Made by a program: the position numbers and the translations under genes. A stretch of 60,010 bases of DNA, counting the filler, from Dugesia japonica (Eukaryota), in NCBI GenBank assembly GCA_001938525.1. It is 5 parts of 5 records of this genome, joined end to end, with 100 filler letters (N's around TTAATTAATTAA, not from the genome) between each part and the next. Parts side by side here need not be neighbours in the genome. Positions count along the whole stretch, not along the records: positions 38,925 to 48,209 come from MQRL01630880.1; positions 48,310 to 60,010 come from MQRL01498099.1; 3 more parts are not named here. One strand, written 5' to 3'. Of the stretch, positions 41,794-53,789 are shown piece after piece. A model generated the notes under the pieces. The model made no database searches. It saw only the letters and a program-made list of their open reading frames with translations, and was not told the DNA's origin. Within the stretch, counting starts at the first letter, position 1, and each line of letters begins with the position of its first letter.

Positions 41794-42115
41794 TTGCATT
41801 GTATTGTTATGTAATGTATTCTTCCATTGTATTGCATTGTAACTTTAATTTATAATGTACTCTATTGTATTTATATTGTTTTGTATTGTATTGTATTGTA
41901 ATATATTGTATTGTATTGTAATGTATTGTATTGTATTGTAATGTATTGTATTGTATTGTAATGTATTGTATTGTAATGTATTGCATTGTAACTTTGATTT
42001 ATAATGTACTATATTGTCTTCTATTGTATTGTATTATGTTTTAAAGTATTTATATTTTATTGTATTGTATTATATTTTAAAGTATTGAATTGTATTATAT
42101 TGTATTGTATTGTAA
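41794..42115. repeat. (GTATT)n-type pentanucleotide satellite with a higher-order duplication
   Basis: Direct; block gtattgcattgtaacttt..atttataatgtact.tattgt occurs twice. Confidence 0.9.
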
Positions 42116-42439
42116 ATTGTATTATATATAAAATTTTATTGATGATTGATATAACTCAAAAGAAATAATTAAATCAAATAAATAAAGGCATTTATTAAAT
42201 ATATCAAATAAAATTACTTGAACATTTTTTAATTAAATTTCATTTTATAAATTAAGTAATATGATAATAATAATATTATAATAATTCTGTTAATAATAAT
42301 AATAAATGAAATTGAGGAAAATGACAATAAAACTCTATAATCCTTTTAAAAAAATCAATGGAAACCAATTAGGGAAAACGGGAATAACTTAAAGAAATGT
42401 GCTAATAAATAAATTTTAAAAAAAAGCAATTTGAAAATA

Positions 42440-43294
42440 TTAAAAATTTTTAATCTTTGAAGAGTTTATTGAATACAAAGAATTAGATTGGGGTATATTT
42501 TCTTTGGAAGAAATAGATAATTCCGGAGATGCTTTAGGTAGAATTCCAGAAGGTATAATATTATCTCTGCTTGTTTTTGTAAGCTCATATTGTTCAGTAA
42601 ATAATGCTTTACGAGTATCAACACTTGGTTCAATCGCTGATGAGTTTCCTTGAACTTGATTCCACCTGGCTACACTTCCTGCGACTAAAGATTGCCGAGA
42701 AATAGTCGATTCCAATTGATTTTCATCAGTTTTCCCCGACAAAATCACATAAGATCGAAATAATTGCAGCAATATTACTAATGAATTTTTACAAGTAAAA
42801 AATATATTAGAATAACTTAAAACATCAAAATCGACAATTAACGTAATTCTCAAACAGAAAAATGGAATGTCTTGTAAAAGCAATGATGTAGCAATAGCCC
42901 ATAATTCAGTCCGACAACAAATACAATTAGTTAATTGTAAATTATTTTCAGTATTCGATTTTGTAGAATATTCTTCAAAATATCCAAGACGAACTTTTCT
43001 TGCTTTTGTAACTGTTTTAGTGAGAGAAAACTGAAACAATGACAACTGCCAAAGAACCAATATTGTGATGTTTAATACCAAATGGTGACGAACAACCTTT
43101 TCTTTTAAAGCTTCAAATAACTCCAAAATATCAGCTGCCATTCCAATATTTACAAGAAGAAGTTGAGACAACTGATCACGAGTAATTCCACCTCTTGGCA
43201 AAAGCCATCGACAAATTATTAACGTTAACAAAAGCACTTGTTCCAAAATTGTTGTTCGATATGGAACATCAAGATAAGCCCACATTGATTCGAT
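42440..43294 (-). CDS. TMEM26: TMEM26-family membrane protein, terminal exon
   Basis: LEQVLLLTLIICRWLLPRGGITRDQLSQLLLVNIGMAADILE and LLQDIPFFCLR..IFFTCKNSLVILLQLFR; acceptor ttttatttaag before 43294; upstream exons not located. Confidence 0.9.
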   Translation of the reverse strand: MESMWAYLDVPYRTTILEQVLLLTLIICRWLLPRGGITRDQLSQLLLVNIGMAADILELFEALKEKVVRHHLVLNITILVLWQLSLFQFSLTKTVTKARKVRLGYFEEYSTKSNTENNLQLTNCICCRTELWAIATSLLLQDIPFFCLRITLIVDFDVLSYSNIFFTCKNSLVILLQLFRSYVILSGKTDENQLESTISRQSLVAGSVARWNQVQGNSSAIEPSVDTRKALFTEQYELTKTSRDNIIPSGILPKASPELSISSKENIPQSNSLYSINSSKIKNF

Positions 43295-44524
43295 CTTAAA
43301 TAAAATATTAACATTTTTTAACGCTTAACTGAAAGCTTATGAAAAGATAATTAGTCTTTTTATAAATAACTTGACACAAAATAATATATATTTGCCAAAA
43401 TAACTTTCATATTCATGCAAATTTTCATAGTTGAAAATGAAATTTATGTATATTTCATATTAGATATTTTAAATTAGATTAATGAAGGTAAATGTAAAAA
43501 ATAATTATACAAATAATTATATACTTAACTATTTTAATTAACTAAAAACAAGTAATTGAATACTATTAGAAATTCGAGGTTCAACAGTTTCTTTATTATA
43601 TTATTAAAAATAATTTTTCATTGTATAAATTAATATTTATTTTAAATATATGTAATTTCAAGCGTCTTTAGAATTTTAACGACTAGTTTATGTTGCATTC
43701 GGATAGCATTTTCATTGTTTAATATGTATTTGTGTTGCATACATATGACTCATTATGATATTAACCAATAAAATCATGCATATGTACACAGACACGTTAT
43801 ACACAAAGACTAAGATATTAGAATCAGTAAATAGATAGTAGCTCACTGTATCACCTCTACTTCTGCTGAAATTTTGGTGATATGAAAATTTTGCGATTTT
43901 ATTCATTGAATGTCTCTAATTTCGAATTTTGATAAAGAATTGTCGTGCAATAACAGAAAAAAACTGCCTATGCATTTTCTAGTGGATTCTTATCGAAAAA
44001 ATGCTTCGTTCTCACAAGAATGGGTGTGGCCCACTGTGTCTTTTTTCAAAGTGATGCGAATTTTATTGGCTAAAAAATTTCAATGTATAGAATTTCATTT
44101 TCTGAAAAACTTTTAAAGTAATAAATAATCTCATGGGTCAGAAACTTTGCGTTGAAAATATAAAATTTTGTTTTAATTTTTATGGGAAATGTGAATTCAA
44201 ATGTTTTCGCGGGCAATTTAAATCAGATTTTGGGTAGACAATACGAATTAAGTATTTTGAGATATAGTTAACGCATTGCATGTTGGTAAATTTTGCTCAT
44301 ATTCATGTATATGAATATACATGAGTCGATTTTGATATCCTTTACATTGAAGATACGTATGGCTCTTGTTCTTGAGGGCTGGTTTCAAGTGGTTCATCAG
44401 TAACTCAATAAAAATCTACTAATTATATAGTTTAACGTAACCTCTGTGTATATTAATTAAAATATTTACTAAAAATGCAAAAAACGATGGCAAATGTTTA
44501 ATAAAAAATAAGTAACGACATTTC

Positions 44525-45165
44525 AAATAAAACGTTATTACTATATATTTCGACGGATTAACTATCATCATCAGACAAAATTGAAATAAATGAGTTTACT
44601 GAGTCTGAATTATTGCTGAGCATAAAAATAAAAGTAATTGCAATGCGAATGTTGAAATTTCAAATTTTAAAATTTTGTCTAAGCAATTTAAAAATTACTG
44701 GGAGAGAGTGTTGTATGAGGCATTAATGATTAGATTTCATTAATGTACAGACAGCTCATTCGACTAAATTAATTAAAATATTTTAAACATTTTTTGGATA
44801 TAAAGTAATTTTTAAGTTTTTATTAAAATCTTGATTTATTGTCAAAAATCTTCATAGGTTGTGCTTTTTTTTTTTTAAAGTGAATTTTAAAAAAATTTTG
44901 ATATAATCTAAAATTAAAAATTTTTAAATATGTTGGTAAAAAATCTTTGATTTTATAGGTAACAGTAATAAAATATTATTATATAAAAAATTTTATTGAA
45001 AAGTCGTAAAAATTTAAAAAAATTAAGAATTTTAGCCGTCTTATATTCAGTATAATTACATTAATCTTTGTTTGAATAATACAGACTGAATAAACTCATT
45101 TATTTCAATTTTGTCTGATGATGACGGTTAATCCGTCGAAATATATAACGATAAAGTTTTATTTT
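44525..45165. mobile_element. Penelope-like 3' remnant: GIY-YIG tail between ~90-bp inverted repeats
   Basis: 44525-44613 is the reverse complement of ~45074-45165; between them NFKILSKQFKNYWERVLYEALMIRF. Confidence 0.75.
45108..45153 (+). ncRNA. Minimal hammerhead ribozyme
   Basis: CTGATGA-t-GACGG-ttaat-CCGTC-GAAA-tata-ta: core boxes, perfect 5-bp stem II, palindromic stem III; mirrored decayed copy at ~44535-44582 (-). Confidence 0.7.
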
Positions 45166-46429
45166 AAAATATTTATCATTAGTTCTTTCTTATCTTTATA
45201 AAAATATCAAATAAATTCAAATTTTCCAACTACTTTAAAATCGTATCATACTTACTTATAATATTTAATGTGGACAAAGCAGTGGACCTAATGTCGACCT
45301 AGACAATCACGGAAAATAAAATTTATCATTCAAGAAATTTACGCTGTTTTTTGAGTTTAGGAAATTCAANNNNNNNNNNNNNNNNNNNNNNNNNNNNNNN
45401 NNNNNNNATGCTTTGAAAACTTTACGTACTTTAAAGAATGAAATTCAATTTTTTTTAGAAAAGTGACACAAATGAAACTAAAATAAACGCTTAAAATTCA
45501 GTTTTTTCTTTAACTTCATAAATTAAAGAATTTATTTTTTATTTTGAATTTCAAAGGGTTATCTATTTTAAATAAATAATAAATTTACTAATTTAATTTC
45601 TTTCTAATGTAGATTTTACTAATCTTTATTTTTATTAAACAGTAAAAATTGTTTACTTGTAAATTCTACAAACTAAATTCATTTAGTTGTGTTTCCATTG
45701 CTGTTGCTGATAAATGTTAGAGAAAAAAACAAGTTATTTAGTTTATAAGTACATCAAACATCCAGAAATTGTTTACTAAAAATATTTTGATTTATTTCAT
45801 CTAGTAAATTAATGTTGACTTTTATCTTCTTCAAAATGATAAAATATTATTTATATATTGAAAATATTTATTAGTATGCATTAACAATGTTTGATTACGA
45901 AATTATTTGAACAATTAATTTATTTATAATTTTTCATTACTTTTTGATAGATTCACCATTTTCCCTATTTTTACATTTATATATTTGTTTTTCCTTGTTC
46001 CACACTTTTTATCTATTTCTTCTTGAAATTATCTTTCCGCAATTTTCTGTATTTTTCAATAAATAAAAATACGAGCAATGGTTAAGTCTAACAATCATTT
46101 TTCTAATAATTGTCATTGTAAATTATTTTTATAATTAAATTATTTTTAAATAAACTATTTTATTTGAAAATCACTAAATTATTTAAAATTATACGAAAAA
46201 ATGCTTTTATATTCATTAAATGAATATTTACAAACTCAAACATAAATCCTAATTTAATACTTATTATAATTTAAAATATAATTTACATATTAATTTTTTA
46301 AATAATTAAAATTAAAATTTTAAAATTTCAATTTTAAATAATCGAAGAAAAATGTTAATTTTTTAATATAAATTCTGAAACGCTATTTCAATATATATTT
46401 TTTTAGTAAATGTCTGTCATCTTTAGATA

Positions 46430-47630
46430 CAATATTTAATCTTTTTTTAAAACAATATTCAATTCTGATATATTACTGGTTTTAATAACCAAGTAGATAT
46501 TGACTCATTCCTAAACTATATGAATTCGTTGAATAAGAATATTAGATTCACTACAGAAATGACATGTAAATCTAAACTTTCTTTTCTTGACATACTATTA
46601 GAAAGAAAATACAAACATGTTTACGAAGATGCTTAATCCATAGATGTATCATACATTTTCTATTAGTTTTTGTGAATCTCGTTACAAGTATAACATGATT
46701 AAAGAATTGTTGTATAGATCGTGGACTCTTTCCTCTTCATATCTGAAGTCTTATGCTAATTAAATCGTGAAAGAATTGATTAGATCGTGTATTATAAAAA
46801 TAAAATTAAGCATGTCAATAATAATGGTAATAATAATTAAAATTGTGAAATTATTATCAAAGACCCAGATAAGAGAGATAAGTTTAGTTACTTATTAACT
46901 ATTTCGTATTCGAAAGGATTTAAACAATTTAAGAGTGAGTTGTTAAAATATAAAAATGACTCTTTGAATTTTAAATTTTTTTTGCAGAGGCATAGCTAAG
47001 GAGGGCAGGAGGGACAAGTGTCCCCGGGTTCTAGACCAGGGGTAAAGGCGCGCCAAAAATGGGTTTGAAATATTTGTATTGTGCATTTTTTGTACCGTTT
47101 TAATATGATATTTATCAAGATTGAATGTTCGTCACTCTCTTGCAGTCAACTTTGCTTCAGTTAAATCCAGAAAAATCAACCTGATATGAACATTCTACAT
47201 GTACAGGCACAATGTTTGTATAAATTTATTGGTAAAATTTAAATAAAATATATTATTTCGTTTGTATTACTTCTTGCTTGACTAATCACAAGTTTCATCT
47301 ACATCAGTTTCTTCATTAGTCTTTATTTTAGTAGCCGTTACATTGGATGACTCATACTTTTTCAGGGGGGAGGGCGCAAAATTTGAATCTTCTTCACGGA
47401 CGCCAAACACACTAGCTACGTTTCTGTTGTTTTGCAGTCTTATAAAATCATAAATATGTTTAGTAATAAGTCTAAAACATTAATTTAATTGTGTTCTGAT
47501 GTTCTTTATAAATATGAATGTAATGTGTGTAATGCCGCAAACATGTGTGAAGCATTGATGATTAGATCAATTGATCCAAAAATTATTGTTCAAACTAGTC
47601 TTTCTAGATCTTTATTGAATGTCTTTAATT
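46430..47630 (+). mobile_element. Degenerate Penelope-like RT thumb to GIY-YIG region
   Basis: RFTTEMTCKSKLSFLDILLER, KYNMIKELLYRSW, CSDVLYKYECNVCNA, CEALMIRSIDPKI. Confidence 0.72.
46985..47426. mobile_element. hAT-type MITE inserted in the Penelope remnant
   Basis: Ends CAGAGGCATAGCTA / TAGCTACGTTTCTG; 8-bp duplication TTTTTTTG / TTGTTTTG; GC-rich subtermini. Confidence 0.8.
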
Positions 47631-47751
47631 AATTGGATTTATTGAAGAAATTGTATAATCAATTGCATAATCCTAATTTTTAATTTATAAGCACTTTAAA
47701 AAAAGGAATAAATATTTTTTGATTAAAGGATTTTTAAAAAAGGATTAAATT

Positions 47752-47797
47752 ATTGTATCTGAAGATGACAGATATTCTGTTGAAATATTTAGAACAA
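47752..47797 (+). ncRNA. Minimal hammerhead ribozyme downstream of the PLE ORF
   Basis: CTGAAGA-t-GACAGA-tat-TCTGTT-GAAA-tatt-ta. Confidence 0.6.
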
Positions 47798-48167
47798 AAA
47801 TTTATGTTGAAATGACGTTTCAGAAATTTTAGAATATCACATTAATTAATTACGGAATAATTATTGAGTTAATAATTGTTAGTGCAAAAAATTTTAAATT
47901 AAAATTTAAACACCAAAAATAATTATATTTATTATAAAAATAGTTCAATCATACAACAATTTTGAAAGCATTTGAAATTTAAATTATATTTATCTAAAAA
48001 CATTTCTATAATTCATTTAAAATTTTGTTTTTCTTTTTTAGTATATAATATATAATAACAATTTGTATTTAAAATTTAATTAAATTTTTTTAAAATTTCA
48101 CTTATTTAATTTCAATAATAATATAGTTTTATTAAATATTTTAAAATTTTAATTTACTATTCTCACA

Positions 48168-48209
<42 letters not shown>

Positions 48210-48568
48210 NNNNNNNNNNNNNNNNNNNNNNNNNNNNNNNNNNNNNNNNNNNNTTAATTAATTAANNNNNNNNNNNNNNNNNNNNNNNNNNNNNNNNNNN
48301 NNNNNNNNNTATTACTCTTTCAAATATACATGATTAGTCACAAACACGATGTTATTACACACATGTTAAAATAATAAACATACGATTAAATTGATTATTA
48401 GAACAATTAAGTTTGCACTAAATATTACCTGTATATACATTACATATTTTTAAGATTCTTCGAATCCAAGGAAAATAATTCAAATATCCGTCTAATCGGA
48501 ATCTGAATTAGAATAATGAAAAAAAAATTTGATAATTTAATATGTATAAAATTTAGCATTTATAATAA

Positions 48569-49388
48569 TGTTGGGGAAAACCAACCTTGACTATTACAGG
48601 CGGCCACAAAATATACAACATTACACATATATGCATGTATCTACAGCAAATTAAAGCAACAAAATCACAATCAATCAAACCGAACTAATCTAAGAGTGAT
48701 TCTATTCCATATATCAGTTTATCAGTTATATCATATTCAATTCAGTTATCATTTAGATTATCCTGATTTTGACAATTAATTATTCTGAATTATTTTGATT
48801 TTGACAATTAATTTTTAATTTTCATATAATATTGGANAATTAATTATACTTTCTAACTATCTAAATAAATTTTTATATTTTTTTGTAAAATCCAAATTTT
48901 ATGTTTTTATCTTTATACTGTAATTTTTTTTTTGTCGGAGAATCCAAATTTTTTAATGAATCAATATTGTTTATGAATTAATTGAAATCATGAAATATTG
49001 TTCATTATATTTTAAAGTTGAAATCACGGAATATTGTTTATCATATTTTAAAGTCTATGGAATTATACCAAAATAACTGATAAATTTTATTGATAACCAT
49101 GTAAATTTTATATAATTGCATGAATATTTATGGAAAAGTTTTATTATAATATGATACAAAAAATAGTATATATAGAGACATAATTTTCATTCTAAACACC
49201 CTCTTAAAAAGCTGAAAAAGTGTTTGGATCTTTTGAGATCCACAACCAAAAGGCTTAAAATATTAACTGGATAAATTTTTGTTAATTATTACTTAATGTT
49301 AATTGTGATTCAATTATAATTCTTAAAAAGTAATTTCTTAATTTCCTAATAAGGACGACTATATAGTATATAAAAAAGTATCTCAACA
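48569..49388 (+). repeat. 5' LTR (~820 bp)
   Basis: TGTTGGGGA...TCTCAACA inverted termini, followed 4 nt later by a primer-binding site. Confidence 0.7.
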
Positions 49389-49392
49389 AAAT

Positions 49393-49410
49393 TGGTGCCC
49401 CAAGTGAGGA
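49393..49410 (+). promoter_or_regulatory. Primer-binding site, elongator tRNA-Met-like
   Basis: TGGTGCCCCAAGTGAGGA resembles the complement of the tRNA-Met(e) 3' end (TGGTGCCCCGTGTGAGGA). Confidence 0.7.
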
Positions 49411-49896
49411 ACCAATTCATTTAAAAAAATTTAATCTCAGCACCGAATTTTGAGATAATTTAATTTTGATTAGGAATTGAAACGAAATTTCGGCGTACCG
49501 AATAGAAAGAATTTTGAACGACTTTTTGAAAAAAAAAATTTTTATTTGATTTAGTTTAGTATTGAAAAGAATCTTGATAAGAAAATTAATTTTGAAAGAG
49601 TTTTCAAAGCTGAAAAGAAACTCCAGGATAATAAAAGTTTATTAAGTAATTTCTGAGGGGAAAAGAAACTCTAAGGTAGATGAAATTTTTAAAATTTTTC
49701 GAGTTGAAACGAAACTCGGAAGCATTAAATATTAAAATATTAAGAGAATTTTTAAATTAAAATTTTAAAAAGATTCTGATCTTGCAAATAAAATTAAATT
49801 TTTGGGGATTCTAAACCTGCAGATAAAATTTTCAGGTATAATTCTGCGATTAAATTTTAAATTTGATAAATTCACTAATACAATAAACTCACAATA

Positions 49897-52038
49897 ATGA
49901 ATAATGAAAATAATATTAAATATAATTTGAGAAACAGTGTATATAGATAACAAAAATAACGAATACATACAAGCTTTAGAACACACTTTAAGAATGTGGG
50001 ACAGAGCTGAAATAAACATGTTAGCAATTAAAGCATACACCGGCAAGCCAGAAGAATTTGTTGAATATTTTGAGGAAATGTCCATTACTGCATTAGCATG
50101 AAATTGGACGATTGAAGAATTAGTTAAACGAAGACCCTTATATTTGAAGGACTTTGCATTGCAAAGCTATAAAAGTATAAAAGACCCACCTAAAGTTTTT
50201 AAAGATTTGATAAAAGTGCTTATAGAACTTATAATAGTTCCAACAGAATTAGAGAGAATATGTATCCAAAAGTTTAGAAATCGAGTGCAAGGAGATAAAG
50301 AAAGAGTAGGTGAATATTTTTATGATTTAAAGAAATTAGCAAAAATGGCTTTTAGAGAAGGTGATCATATAGAACAAGTTGTAGAAGATCAATTCTTGAG
50401 TGGTATACATAATTATATAAAATCGGCTTTAATTGCTGTCAAATACCAAAATTATGATGAATTAATGATAAAAGCTCGAAGAATAGAAGCAAATTATAAT
50501 CATAAGACAAGAGAGAAACAAATATACGCAATAGAAAACATGAATAAAAGAGAATCAGCTTAATGGGGAGATAGGAAAGAATCATATCAAGATTATCGAG
50601 ACTATAAAAACGATAAATATTATCCTAATGAAATGTATGATGAATATGATTATGAAAGAAATCAAAATCATATAAGCTATTATCAATGTAATGATACTTC
50701 AGGAAGAAATTATAATAATATATATTCAAGTCCAGAAAGGAGCTGGAATAGTGTTAATTATAATAATGAATATGATAGTTATAACAGAAATTTAAATTCT
50801 AGATTTAGCCACAAAGAATATAGTCCAGAAAGAGAATATCAACCAGCATATAAATATAATATATGTTATGATACAAATGGAATAGAAGTATCATTAGAGC
50901 CAAATGAACCGAAAGTAATAAGCCATGAAAAATTTGAAAAAATGAAAAGAGATTTAGAGGAAATGCGAATTAAATACAAAACGATGCAAGAAAAGGAACG
51001 ATTTGATATAAATATGTATGAATTATGCAAGACACGCAGATAAATAGACAAAAGTAAACAAAAAGCAATGACTGAAAATCTAAAAAAGGAAATAGCTCAA
51101 AAAAATATAAATGAATTGAGATTATTACAATATTTAAAAGATTTAAATGAATATCAGATAGATTACCACAAATTAAAGTCATTAATACTCCCGTTAGTAA
51201 AAGCAAAAATGAGAATTGAGCTCCAAGAAAGTCATCAACAATAGATGAATTATTTAAAAAATGTAATGAACATGTATCAAATAACAAAAGTTGGCAAAAA
51301 TCATTATTTCTACAAATAACGATTGAACCAGATGATGTAGATATAAAACTGCAAACAATAAAAACATACTCATGTATAAAAACAAAGGAATTATATAAAA
51401 TAATTATAGATAAATTGCCAATACAATTTAAAAGGGACGACAAGATAAAAATATTTTTCCATAACCAAGAGCTAATGGAAAATAAAAGAATCATGGAATA
51501 CGGAATTATTCCCGAAAATGAATACTGCATCGAAGTTGTTATAATTATGAATGAGTATTTAGCAAATAAACAGATAAAATTGACTAGAGAAACATTGAAC
51601 AAAAATGCTCAAGAAACATTAAAGAGACCGATTAAAAAATTAATAAATGAAAATGATTCTTTATATAAACAAGATATAAACTACATAGAAGTTGTTAAAT
51701 ATTCAACGAATAAACAGAAAATTTTGACAAAAGAAATAGTAAATCATGATGTTAAAGTGATGACAAATAAATCAACCCAGAAATTATTAGTTAAAAATAA
51801 TTTTTTAAAAGATAAGGAAATAATTCAAATAGAAATTATAAAACCTCTTAGTCAATTGGAAAAGATAACCGAAAAAATAATAGAACTTTCAAACTATTGC
51901 GAAACAGGACAGTTAATAGAAACACAAAAAGCAAGCAATCAAGTATTAATTGATAAACAAACCCTTCAAGTAAAACCACAAAAAGTTAACAACCAAATAG
52001 TAATCGATAATCTAGTTTGTATATTGAAAACAAACTAA
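49897..52038 (+). mobile_element. Degenerate LTR-retrotransposon gag with long extension including a ubiquitin-like domain
   Basis: FRNRVQGDKERVGEYFYDLKKLAKMAF..EDQFLSGI capsid motif; Y/N-rich and coiled-coil segments; Ubl-like segment 51304-51546. Confidence 0.8.
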
Positions 52039-52889
52039 ATTATAGAAAACCAATTAGTTCATAAAAAGAAAAAAAGTAAAATAAATTAGAAATATAAATT
52101 AAAATAAAGATTGAAATAAAATGTGTCAAATGCATAAAAAACAAACAAAAAAAGACGATGGCCAGACAGAAAATATTGAAAAAAAATTAAAAGAAAAGAA
52201 ATAATTAAAAAATTAAATAAATGATACATAATAATAATTAGAATAATAACTAAATAAAAATTAAAGAAGAATTAACAAAGAAGTATCAAATGTGGTGTTA
52301 GGAAAAGCAATAGCTTACAAATAATCTGAAGATATAAATGATAAAAAACATCATCGTGAATATTAAGTGTATCAGTGTAGAAAAAAGAAGAATACATTCA
52401 GGGAAAAATATTTTTTTACAAGGAAGAAATTTCAAAGTGAAAGTTGAAATAAATATGCAAAAAATATGAAACTAAACGGAAGAATAAAAAAAAATAAAAT
52501 GATTCAAAAAAAAAATAATCCGTCAAAAAATAACAGATCAGATAATAAAACAATAATTACGATTCAGAAACTTAATTCACAGATATTTCTCATAAAACTT
52601 TTCCGTAAAAAATATAAAACATAATTAAAAATCCTTATCTTGTAAATTTATTTATGGTTAGTGATTTCTTCATTGTTTACTTCTGAGTTTATCAAAATGA
52701 AGTTTTGTAGAAGACCACAAATTTTTGAGGATAAATGTTAATTTCGTTATTTTTTTAAAATTCTTCAAAAGACCCCACAAAAGTCATAATTCTAGTATTG
52801 TTTATTTGGAAGCATTTTTTAATCGTATACCTAATTTTTCTACGTCATTATACAATTGGGTTCTGAAACTTTCATTTTCACATTCATAT

Positions 52890-53270
52890 TTTTTAATGAA
52901 ATCAAGAAATTTTAATATTGTGGTATATTTTGCCTAGATAGAACCTTGGAATCTCAAATTTCAGCCTTCAACAACGTTGTTTGTTCTTCTATGGCCAAAA
53001 ATTATCAAGTTATGGCATTTTCAAGATTCAGAGCTAAACCGAGGTCTTACTTATTTCCATCTTCTTTCCTTATAATAAGGTACTATATAGTATTTCCCAT
53101 AATATATCATAAATCTTGTCAAACATGCTACTAATCATTTGTACTTATTAGTTACATCTTTAATTAGAACAAAAGGAGGGGTCATGCGCGTAACAATAAA
53201 TCCTAGTTTGACTTTTATTTGATATTCAAACTCTTCATGACAAAGCATTAACTTTCCTTTAATTGATCTG
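52890..53270 (-). mobile_element. MULE (Mutator) transposase C-terminal remnant
   Basis: RPRFSSES*KCHNLIIFGHRRTNNVVEG*NLRF (cf. P.F...WN...RTNN.VEGW..RF). Confidence 0.7.
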
Positions 53271-53789
53271 AAAACTGTAAGCATAAAGGAGAAATGATAT
53301 TGAAAGGCTAAAAAAATAAGTGCAAATTTTTAAAACGATAATATAAATAATTTGCATTTTATAAATTACTTTTTATATGAAAAATATTCTATTTTAATAA
53401 TAACAAAACAAAACTTTTATAAGAAAAAATATTTTTACCGAAAAATAATTTATTTGAAATGTCTGAGTACCGGAAAATTTGATGGAGAAAGAGTAACAAT
53501 GGAAAAGAATCATTAAGAAAGAAAATCAACAGAACAAAATAATTTTGTACGAAAGTAGTGATCTACACAAAATAATTATAAAACATAGCTAAAGTATAAA
53601 AGAACAGTATAGAAGCTCCGAAAATCGTCCATAAAGAAATAATGACAAAGAAAATGAATCGGAAAGAATAAATAAAAAACAACAATTAATGATGTAATAA
53701 GTACGGTATATTGAAAAAGATATAGATAATTTAAAAAATCTAAAGAAAACATTAAAAAATAATAAATTCAATCAAACAATGAAAATGAG

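Noticed and set aside
50970-51602. 210-aa hydrophobic minus-strand ORF (likewise 29688, 30565, 31333, 49765)
   Set aside because: Antisense shadows of A-rich coding strands
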